36,920 nt of DNA from an uncultured Planctomycetaceae bacterium. GTDB lineage: Bacteria > Planctomycetota > UBA1135 > GCA-002686595. Positions 30,187-36,920 of the stretch are shown piece by piece (the stretch's first letter is position 1; each line of letters begins with the position of its first letter). The stretch spans positions 1,324 through 38,243 of the forward strand of contig CAZKIY010000003.1 in NCBI GenBank assembly GCA_964552875.1. Reading direction: 5' to 3'. Position numbers and translations under genes: made by a program. The notes beneath the pieces are model-generated. The model was not told the origin of the DNA and did no database searches. It saw only the letters and a list, made by a program, of their open reading frames with translations.

Positions 30187-31908
30187 TCACCCGGCCGGAC
30201 GGCGGGCTTCGAGGGCCGCGACCTCGGCCTGGATCACGGCATCCTCGATCTTCGGGAACAGTCCGGTCACGACGCCCAACTTCTGCCCGGCGGGCACGAT
30301 GCGCCACGCGCCCGCGACCGGGATTCCCGGCCAGCTTTCTCGCCCGACCGGCGTCGTCTGACCGAGCATCTCCCACAGAGCTTGCGCCTTCTTCGGGACG
30401 AACGGCGCCATCCAACGCGCGAGCCACGCGATCCACTGACAGGCCGTGTTCAGGACGCTCGCCGCGAGCGGCGGGTCCGTCTTGCGCAGCGTCCACGGCG
30501 CGAGGTCGTTCACGAACTTGTTGCCGACGTGCGCGCAGCGGATGAGCTCTTCGGCCGCGCGGCGGAAGCGGTACTCGAGGACGTGTTGACCCGGGTCCGC
30601 GTACTCACCGCATTCGCCGAGGATGCGCCGATCGAGCGCTTCCTCGTGTTCGGCAGCTAGCGCGGGTACGACTCCACCGGCGTTCTTCTCGATGAATTTC
30701 AGTACGCGCGTCGCCAAGTTGCCGATCGCGTCCGCGAGGAGCGAATTGTTCGTCGCCTGGAAGTCTTCCCAGCGCCACTCGGAGTCCGCAGCTTCGGGCA
30801 TGCTCGCGATCAGGTGGAAGCGTGCTGCCTCCGCGTCGAAGCGCGCGAAGAAGTCGGCGACCGGCACCGTCCAGTTCTGCGACGTCGAGAACTTGCCGCC
30901 CTGGAGGTTGTAGAACTCGTTCGCGGGCACCTGCCACGGCATCGTCCAGCCTTCGTCCATCCCGAAGAGCATCGACGGGAACACGAGGCAGTGGAACGGG
31001 ATGTTGTCCTTGCCGATGAAGTGCACGAGCCGCGTATCGGGCGACTTCCACCAGCGTTCCCAGTCGCCCGGTCGGCCCTGCGCGCGCGCCCATTCCTGGG
31101 TGAATGACACGTACCCGATCGGCGCATCGAACCAGACGTAGAGAACCTTGCCCGTCTGACCGTCGGCGCGGTCCTCGGGCACGGGCACGCCCCAGCTCAT
31201 GTCGCGCGTGATCGGTCGCGGCTGGAGGTCGGCCAGCATGTTCCCGATGAAGCCTTGGACGTTCGGCTTCCACGGATGTCCCTCGAACCAGGCGCCGAAA
31301 CCGGCGTCGCGCAAGCTCGGCAGGTCGAGGTGCCAGTGCAGCGTGTCGCGCTGCTCCGGAACGGTGCCGCAGATCTTGCACACGGCTCTCGTCTTCCGCG
31401 CCATCTCGAGCGGATCGAGCCACGTCCCGCAGCGCGGGCACTCGTCGCCGCGAGCCTGCTCGTAGCCGCATTTCGTGCACGTGCCGAGGATGTAGCGGTC
31501 GGCGAGGAACATCGCGTCGCGCACGCAGTAGAGCTGCGCCGAGGTCTTCTTCAGCAGGAACCCGCGCTCGTCGAGACGACGGAAGAAACCTTGGCTCGCG
31601 GCGCGGTGCTCGGGGCAGATGCTCGTGCCCGACCAGATGTCGAACTCGATGCCGAATCCGTCGAAGGTCTTCTTGATGACCTCGCGCCAACGCGCGACGT
31701 ACGCGGGGTAAGGCGTGCCTTCCTGCTCCGCGCCGATCGTGATCGCGACTCCGTGTTCGTCGGTGCCGCAGACGAAGAGGACTTCCTCGCCCATCATGCG
31801 CAGAGTGCGCACGTAGACGTCGGCCGGCAGATACGCGCCGGTCACATGGCCGAAGTGGATCGGCCCGTTGGCGTAGGGGAGAGCGGATGTGACGAGGTAG
31901 CGGACCAA
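30187..31908 (-). CDS. metG: Methionyl-tRNA synthetase
   Basis: Motifs seen: LVTSALPYANGPIHFGH (HIGH), zinc knuckles CTKCGYEQARGDECPRCG and CKICG, and GGKFSTSQN (KMSKS-type). The proposed TTG start at 31908 gives MVRYLVTSALPYANG. The 759-aa track ORF extends spuriously upstream across the LAB_N gene. Confidence 0.9.
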   Translation of the reverse strand: MVRYLVTSALPYANGPIHFGHVTGAYLPADVYVRTLRMMGEEVLFVCGTDEHGVAITIGAEQEGTPYPAYVARWREVIKKTFDGFGIEFDIWSGTSICPEHRAASQGFFRRLDERGFLLKKTSAQLYCVRDAMFLADRYILGTCTKCGYEQARGDECPRCGTWLDPLEMARKTRAVCKICGTVPEQRDTLHWHLDLPSLRDAGFGAWFEGHPWKPNVQGFIGNMLADLQPRPITRDMSWGVPVPEDRADGQTGKVLYVWFDAPIGYVSFTQEWARAQGRPGDWERWWKSPDTRLVHFIGKDNIPFHCLVFPSMLFGMDEGWTMPWQVPANEFYNLQGGKFSTSQNWTVPVADFFARFDAEAARFHLIASMPEAADSEWRWEDFQATNNSLLADAIGNLATRVLKFIEKNAGGVVPALAAEHEEALDRRILGECGEYADPGQHVLEYRFRRAAEELIRCAHVGNKFVNDLAPWTLRKTDPPLAASVLNTACQWIAWLARWMAPFVPKKAQALWEMLGQTTPVGRESWPGIPVAGAWRIVPAGQKLGVVTGLFPKIEDAVIQAEVAALEARRPAG

Positions 31909-32498
31909 GAGGGCTCGGTTCTTCGGTTCCTGGGTTCGCGGTTCCTGTAGATCAGGACGAGGTTGCGAGCGTAGACGAAGACACCGGTCGATTGACCGAC
32001 GACTCCCACGACGTCCTTGCGCCAAACGAAATAGGCGAGCAGCAGGATGCCGCCGAAGAGGCTGCCCCACCAGAACCCGACGGGCACGACCGAACGTTTC
32101 GATTTCTCGCTCGCGTACCACTGGAGGAGCATGCGCAGCGTGAAGAGCGCTTGACCCGCGAATCCGACCGCGATCCAGACCAGGCTCCAGGGCGTCGTGA
32201 TGTTGAAGAACACGTAGAGCAGCCCTCGGGTGCCCTGCTCCGTGTGCGCCGCCTGGAGCGCCCCGAGCCACAGATCGGCCGGGACGAGGCGGCCCTCCGG
32301 CGGCACCACGACGAAGAATCGGCCGTCGTGTTCGACGACTTCGAGGTCTCTCAGTCGACCTTGGAGGTCGACGCGGACCGCGGCGGCCTTGGGCTCCTCG
32401 GCCCTGACTTCCTGTGCGGCGGCGGATCTGGTCAGACCACCACCCGCGAAGAGTGACGCCACGCACGCGAGTGCGAGCAGGATGCGTTCAATTCCCAC
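31842..32498 (-). CDS. Lipid-A-biosynthesis N-terminal (LAB_N) domain membrane protein
   Basis: Signal peptide MGIERILLALACVASLFAGG. The C-terminal half reads GFAGQALFTLRMLLQWYASEKSKRSVVPVGFWWGSLFGGILLLAYFVWRKDVVGVVGQSTGVFVYARNLVLI, the LAB_N pattern. Confidence 0.75.
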   Translation of the reverse strand: MGIERILLALACVASLFAGGGLTRSAAAQEVRAEEPKAAAVRVDLQGRLRDLEVVEHDGRFFVVVPPEGRLVPADLWLGALQAAHTEQGTRGLLYVFFNITTPWSLVWIAVGFAGQALFTLRMLLQWYASEKSKRSVVPVGFWWGSLFGGILLLAYFVWRKDVVGVVGQSTGVFVYARNLVLIYRNREPRNRRTEPSWSATSSHPLSPTPTGRSTSAM

Positions 32499-33252
32499 CG
32501 ACGACCTCGAGGATGGGGAGCTTGAGCAGCCGCGTGCGCATCCAGCGAACCGCGAACAGGTCCTTCGTGGCGCGGAAGGCGCGGTTCCACACTCCGTACT
32601 TGCTCGTGCCCGCGGTGCGCGGGTGATGTTCGACGCCGTGCTCGACGACGTCGAAGCCGTGGTAACGCAGGAGCGTCGGCAGGAAACGGTGCATCCCCTC
32701 GAACAGCGGCAGTGCCTGGATCGCCTCCGCGCGAAAGACCTTGAGCGAGCACCCGGTGTCGCGGATCGAGTCCTTCGAAATCCAGTTCCGGACTCGGTTC
32801 GCGATGCGCGAACTCGCGCGACGGACGAACGTGTCGCGCCGCTTCGTGCGCCACCCGACGACGGCGTCGTGACGCCGACACAGGTCGATCATGGCCGGCA
32901 GGTCGCGTGGATCGTTCTGCAGGTCCGCGTCGAGCGTGGCCAGCAACCTGCCCCTCGCCAATTGGATCCCAGCAGCCGTTGCCGCGGTCTGCCCGCAGTT
33001 CCTTTGGAAGAAAACGCCCACGACGCGCGGGTCGCGACGCGCGAGTTCGCGGATGATCTCGGCCGACCGATCCCGGCTGCCGTCGTCCACGAGGAGGAGT
33101 TCCCACGTGACGTGCGTCCCGAAGACCTCGACGACGCGCGCGTGCAAGCGCTCGACGTTCGCTTCCTCGTCGTACACCGGAGCGATCAGCGACAGTTCGA
33201 TCAACCCGCGTCCGCGAGACGGAAATCGGTCGCGGACGGCGAAGGGCAGCAC
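32488..33252 (-). CDS. Family-2 glycosyltransferase (polyprenyl-phosphate sugar synthase, ArnC/DPM1-like)
   Basis: Motifs seen: LSLIAPVYDEEANV, LLVDDGSRDRS, NCGQTAA, TLDADLQNDP. The start is uncertain, with candidates TTG 33204, GTG 33252 and GTG 33318. The track ATG at 33486 would overlap the divergent gene by more than 130 bp. Confidence 0.85.
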   Translation of the reverse strand: MLPFAVRDRFPSRGRGLIELSLIAPVYDEEANVERLHARVVEVFGTHVTWELLLVDDGSRDRSAEIIRELARRDPRVVGVFFQRNCGQTAATAAGIQLARGRLLATLDADLQNDPRDLPAMIDLCRRHDAVVGWRTKRRDTFVRRASSRIANRVRNWISKDSIRDTGCSLKVFRAEAIQALPLFEGMHRFLPTLLRYHGFDVVEHGVEHHPRTAGTSKYGVWNRAFRATKDLFAVRWMRTRLLKLPILEVVGGN

Positions 33253-33350
33253 GCCTTCGCGAGTGGCCGATCGAGACTTGGTACTGGACGTGGACAATGC
33301 GGTTCCGATGATGCGCACGACATGGTCGCTGCGCGACGAAAGAGCGTTGA

Positions 33351-34985
33351 GTGAGGCCGGTACTTTCGTACCGGGCCCCTTTTCTCGGTGGATGGCACCT
33401 GGCGCTGCCCTTGGTGGCGTTGGCCGCTTTTCGGGACTTGTGGGCGCCGGACGAGCCGCGTTACGCGCAGATCGCGCGCGAGGCATGGGACAGCGGGAGC
33501 TTCATCGTCCTCCACATCTGTGGGGACATCTACCCCGACAAACCCCCGCTCGTGTATTGGCTCACGTCGCTCGCGGGTGAACTCGGAGGGTGGACGAGCT
33601 TCGCCCTTCGCGCGCCATCGATCCTCGCGACGCTCGGATCCGCTTGGATCGCAACCCGCATCGCTCGTCGTCACTTCGGTGAGGTCGTAGCCGCGTGGAC
33701 GCCGACCTTCTACCTCGGCACCGCGATGATCGTGTGGTTCGGCGGACGCTTGCAGCTCGATCCTCTGCTGGCGTTCTTCTGTCTCGCCGCCATCGACCTC
33801 GTGTGGACGGACGGAGGAACGGATCGCGAGCGGACGCGGCGCTTCCTCCTCGCGGGACTCCTCACGGGTCTGGGTGCACTCTGCAAGGGACCGGTCGCAT
33901 GGCTCCACGTCGGATTCGCATTGCTCGCGCTGTTCGCCGTGCCGCGCGCGGCTCGCGCGGCGACACGTTGGAGCGTGCGTGCTTGGATCGGTTTCGTGCT
34001 CCTCGCGTTGCTGCCCGTCGCCACTTGGGCGATCGCAGCGAGCTTGCGCGAACCGACCTTGTGGAGGCCGCTGTTCCTCGGTCAGCACCTAGGGCGTGCA
34101 ACCAGCCTCGATGCTCCGCATGCGGGACCACCGTGGGAGCACGCGTGGCAATTCCCGGCGCTCGGTCTGCCTTGGTCCGGCCTCGCGTTCCTAGGGCTTG
34201 CTGTCGCGTGGCGTGCGTGGCGCGACGCGCAGCGAGCGCCCCGACTCGCCCGGGAGATCGGGCCGACCGAACGCGGACTCGTGCGCGCGTTGACGTGGTT
34301 CGCACTCGTCTTCGTCGTGTTCTCGATCATGCCGCCGAAGCGCGAGCTCTACCTCTTGCCGCTCTATCCCGTCGCTGCGTGGTTCGCGGCCATCGCATTC
34401 GCACGCGCGCTCGAGCGCGGAAGTCTCGCGACACCCGTCGCATGGGGCACGACGACTCTGATGCTCCTGCTCGGTCTCGGCGCGGCGATCGTTCCGCGCC
34501 TCCTCACGAAGGCCCGACCGTACGCGGATGCCGCGCTGCCCGCCGCGATCGCGTTCACGGCCGCGGCTCTCTCGAGCGCCCTTTACTTGCGACGCGGCAA
34601 CCTCGCGCGCTGGGCCGACTCGATCGCGCTCGGGCTCACCGCGGGCGGAGTCGCCGCGGCGATCTTTGTCTTGCCGCTCGTCGATGCGACGAAGTCGGCG
34701 CGCACCCTCGCGCACGAAATTGCCGCGCGTCCCGAGAAACCGCTCGAGATCCCGTGCCTGGGCGTGCAGCCCGAGGGCTATCGCTTCTACGCGGGCGTGC
34801 CGACCGTGCGCGGCGAGCTCGTGGACTTCGAAACGGGGCCTCAGCGTTTCGGCGCCGATTTCCTGGGTCTGATCGCAGAACGGAACTGGGCCCACTTGCC
34901 AGCCGACTTCCGCGCGCGCTTCACGATCCAGCACCGCCGCCAAGTCGGTTCGCGCGACGTGCTCGTGGTCGGCGTTGCGCGCTGA
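33351..34985 (+). CDS. ArnT/PMT-family GT-C glycosyltransferase (multi-pass membrane)
   Basis: The N-terminal loop motif LWAPDEPRYAQIAREAW...GDIYPDKPPLVYWL is present, followed by about 12 hydrophobic helices. The start is uncertain (GTG 33351, or TTG/GTG 33411-33414). Confidence 0.8.
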   Translation: MRPVLSYRAPFLGGWHLALPLVALAAFRDLWAPDEPRYAQIAREAWDSGSFIVLHICGDIYPDKPPLVYWLTSLAGELGGWTSFALRAPSILATLGSAWIATRIARRHFGEVVAAWTPTFYLGTAMIVWFGGRLQLDPLLAFFCLAAIDLVWTDGGTDRERTRRFLLAGLLTGLGALCKGPVAWLHVGFALLALFAVPRAARAATRWSVRAWIGFVLLALLPVATWAIAASLREPTLWRPLFLGQHLGRATSLDAPHAGPPWEHAWQFPALGLPWSGLAFLGLAVAWRAWRDAQRAPRLAREIGPTERGLVRALTWFALVFVVFSIMPPKRELYLLPLYPVAAWFAAIAFARALERGSLATPVAWGTTTLMLLLGLGAAIVPRLLTKARPYADAALPAAIAFTAAALSSALYLRRGNLARWADSIALGLTAGGVAAAIFVLPLVDATKSARTLAHEIAARPEKPLEIPCLGVQPEGYRFYAGVPTVRGELVDFETGPQRFGADFLGLIAERNWAHLPADFRARFTIQHRRQVGSRDVLVVGVAR

Positions 34986-34992
34986 CAGCCAA

Positions 34993-36120
34993 TCAAAGTG
35001 GGATCGCGACGCGGCGAGACTCGGGTCGCATCGAATTCTTGTCGAGACGACAGAGGAGCCACTGTCCGCCGATCGAAGCACACGGAACTCCCACGAGCGG
35101 TCCGATGAAGGGCACCAGGAAGATCAGACTCGTCACGACGCCGAGGGCCAGGATCGCGCCCAAGTGTTGGAACAGGAACCGCACGCGCTGCTTCAACGAC
35201 CAATTGCGTCGGGAAAAGGGGATGTCGAGCAACGTGAGCGCCGTGGCGAAGCCGGCCACCATCGCGAAGAGCGGCAAGCCGACGAAGGGCACGAACTTGA
35301 GCCACACGAACGCGATCAGGATCAACGCGGCGAGTAGGGATGCTTTCAGGCTGGTCCAGAGTGCGCGCGCCTGCGAACGCGCGAACCAAGCGGACCAAGA
35401 GGCCGAACCCGGGACGCGCCGCGCCGCGATCGCGAAAGAGAGCGGGATCACGGCCAGGAACGCCCACGACCATCCGGCATCGACCCAGAAGAACGCGCAG
35501 ATCGCTGCGATCGAGATGCCCGCTGCGATGGCCGATGCACGCGCGGCGGCGGCGGGATCTTCTCCGGGCGGCCGCTCGAGTCGCACGCGCGGATCCGCTC
35601 CGAACCACCGAGCTTCGACGCGCGCTTGGATCGTGTCGAGGAACGGACCGCAGACGAGCTCGTACGCGATCGAGAACGTCCAGAGGCCCGCGATCGCGAA
35701 CGCGGCGAGGAACACGACGATGGAGAGCGAGTGCGCGATGGCGAGCACGAGTTGCAGCCCGGCGAGCCATTCGACGACGTCGCTCCAGAACCCCGGGCTC
35801 AAGCCCAGCGCTCCCAAATCCTCGTTGCGAACGGCGTCGAAGAAGCGCGAGAGAGCCCGCACCAAGGCCAAGAGGATCGCGCCGAAGATCGCGACCGTGA
35901 GCAGCATCGGCGGAACGAGGAGTCGTTTCGTGCGCGGTGTCGCGAGCAGTGCACGCGCGCCCTGCGGCAACGCACGCAACCCGTCCCTGAACTCGCGCAT
36001 GACGCCGGTCCGCGCCTCGCGCAACGTCGGTTCGCGCGGAGCGAGCCCGCACGCCGGACACGCGAGTTCCGGGGCGTGGTATCCGCACAGCGGGCAGGGG
36101 ACGACGAGTTCGGGAGCCAT
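34993..36120 (-). CDS. Multi-pass membrane protein with an N-terminal CxxC-x-CxxC zinc ribbon; EI24/CysZ-like
   Basis: N-terminal PCPLCGYHAPELACPACG. There are about 6-7 TM helices. LLDIPFSRRNWSLKQRVRFL resembles the EI24/CysZ family signature. The family assignment is tentative. Confidence 0.55.
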   Translation of the reverse strand: MAPELVVPCPLCGYHAPELACPACGLAPREPTLREARTGVMREFRDGLRALPQGARALLATPRTKRLLVPPMLLTVAIFGAILLALVRALSRFFDAVRNEDLGALGLSPGFWSDVVEWLAGLQLVLAIAHSLSIVVFLAAFAIAGLWTFSIAYELVCGPFLDTIQARVEARWFGADPRVRLERPPGEDPAAAARASAIAAGISIAAICAFFWVDAGWSWAFLAVIPLSFAIAARRVPGSASWSAWFARSQARALWTSLKASLLAALILIAFVWLKFVPFVGLPLFAMVAGFATALTLLDIPFSRRNWSLKQRVRFLFQHLGAILALGVVTSLIFLVPFIGPLVGVPCASIGGQWLLCRLDKNSMRPESRRVAIPL

Positions 36121-36220
36121 GGAAGGGCGCGGTTTCGATCGCGACGCCCGTGCTCTAGAATGCAGGACTCGCCCGCCTCGTTCGAGGCCCGCGCACAGCT
36201 CCCGTCACGTCGACATCCCC

Positions 36221-36920
36221 ATGCAGCCGTTCCGCCAACTCGACTACGTTCAACTCGACGACTCGCTCTCGAACGAGGAGAAGATGGTGCGCGACACCGT
36301 GCGCGACTGGGTGTCGGAACGATTCCTGCCGCTCGCGGCCGAGCATTTCGAGGCGGGTACGTTCCCCATGGAGATCGTCCCCGAGCTCGCCGATCTGGGC
36401 GTCTTCGGTCCCACGATCCCCGAGGAATACGGCGGTCCCGGCCTGAACAACGTCGCGGCCGGGTTGATCTACCAGGAGATGGAACGCGGCGATTCCGGCC
36501 TGCGTTCGTTCGTCTCCGTGCAGGGCGGTCTCGTCATGTACCCGATCTTCGCGTACGGATCCGAAGAGCAGAAGCGGCGCTGGTTGCCGCTGATGGCGAA
36601 GGGTCAAGCGATCGGTTGCTTCGGACTGACCGAGCCCGACTTCGGCTCGAACCCGGGCGGCATGTTGACGGTCGCGAAGAAGGACGGGAGCGGTTGGGTG
36701 CTCAACGGCCGCAAGATGTGGATCACGAACGGCACGGTCGCCGACGTGGCCGTCGTGTGGGCCCGCGCTGAAGGCAAGATCCGCGGTTTCCTCGTCGAAA
36801 AGGGGACTCCCGGCTTCAGCGCGCCCGAGCAGAAGCACAAGTGGAGCCTGCGCGCGTCGGTGACGAGCGAACTCGTGCTGCAGGACGTCAAGGTGCCCGG
36901 CAGCGCGATGTTGCCGAAGG
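36221..36920 (+). CDS. Glutaryl-CoA dehydrogenase-like acyl-CoA dehydrogenase, 5' part (runs off the window)
   Basis: ATG at 36221. My own translation: MQPFRQLDYVQLDDSLSNEEKMVRDTVRDWVSERFLP...GPTIPEEYGGPGLN...CFGLTEPDFGSNPGGM...WITNG...KWSLRASVTSELVL. It is not in the ORF track because it is open at the window edge. Confidence 0.85.
   Translation, partial: MQPFRQLDYVQLDDSLSNEEKMVRDTVRDWVSERFLPLAAEHFEAGTFPMEIVPELADLGVFGPTIPEEYGGPGLNNVAAGLIYQEMERGDSGLRSFVSVQGGLVMYPIFAYGSEEQKRRWLPLMAKGQAIGCFGLTEPDFGSNPGGMLTVAKKDGSGWVLNGRKMWITNGTVADVAVVWARAEGKIRGFLVEKGTPGFSAPEQKHKWSLRASVTSELVLQDVKVPGSAMLPK

Noticed and set aside
30187-32466. The 759-aa ORF read as a giant MetRS with a 186-aa N-terminal extension
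   Set aside because: The extension is Arg/Pro/Gly-rich nonsense. It overlaps the well-supported LAB_N gene in another frame. MetRS homology begins at LVTSALPYANG, with a TTG start at 31908.
32488-33486. The ATG at 33486 as the start of the GT2 gene
   Set aside because: It would add about 80 residues of Pro/Arg/Ser-rich sequence and overlap the divergent ArnT-like gene by more than 130 bp. GT2 homology starts at LSLIAPVYDEE, so a downstream TTG or GTG start is more plausible.

Overview
This is a very GC-rich bacterial chromosomal window; in real genes almost every third codon position is G/C, and long spurious antisense ORFs are everywhere. All product calls come from reading the translations and recalling family motifs, since no searches could be run. 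I saw no rRNA, tRNA or CRISPR array.

**Housekeeping backbone**
- psd fragment, two acyl-CoA dehydrogenases, and a lipoate-protein ligase.
- The glycine cleavage genes gcvT-gcvH-gcvP behind a glycine riboswitch.
- metG, hup, and a polyprenyl-phosphate glycosylation module (GT2, LAB_N, and a divergent ArnT-like GT-C).

**Accessory block 1, about 13.4-20.3 kb: the main find.** This is a complete diversity-generating retroelement (DGR).
- A 116-bp variable repeat (VR, 17883-17998) forms the last codons of a 1235-aa ORF.
- A template repeat (TR, 18245-18360) lies 362 bp downstream and differs from VR almost only where TR has adenine, mostly in AAC codons.
- An Avd-like ORF and a DGR-type reverse transcriptase follow.
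- The diversified protein is a membrane-spanning Ser/Thr kinase. Its outer part carries a tandemly duplicated Ig-like module and a C-terminal FGE-sulfatase/C-type-lectin-fold domain, so this looks like a receptor kinase with a hypervariable sensor tip.
- The block is flanked by a parDE toxin-antitoxin pair and by a remnant of a DUF1016/YhcG nuclease gene.

**Accessory block 2, about 24.2-29.1 kb.** This is a translationally coupled five-gene operon around an MglA-family GTPase.
- The GTPase carries an unusual extension of about 310 aa rich in Met/Gln/Pro/Gly, ending in a C-terminal transmembrane helix.
- MglB and two further Roadblock/LC7 paralogues accompany it.

**Smaller observations**
- A sulfatase-fold lipoprotein lacks the formylglycine motif.
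- A stand-alone histone-H1-like basic ORF sits upstream of hup.
- A 1167-aa lipoprotein is built from many Ig-like repeats.
- There are several short repeats and hairpins.
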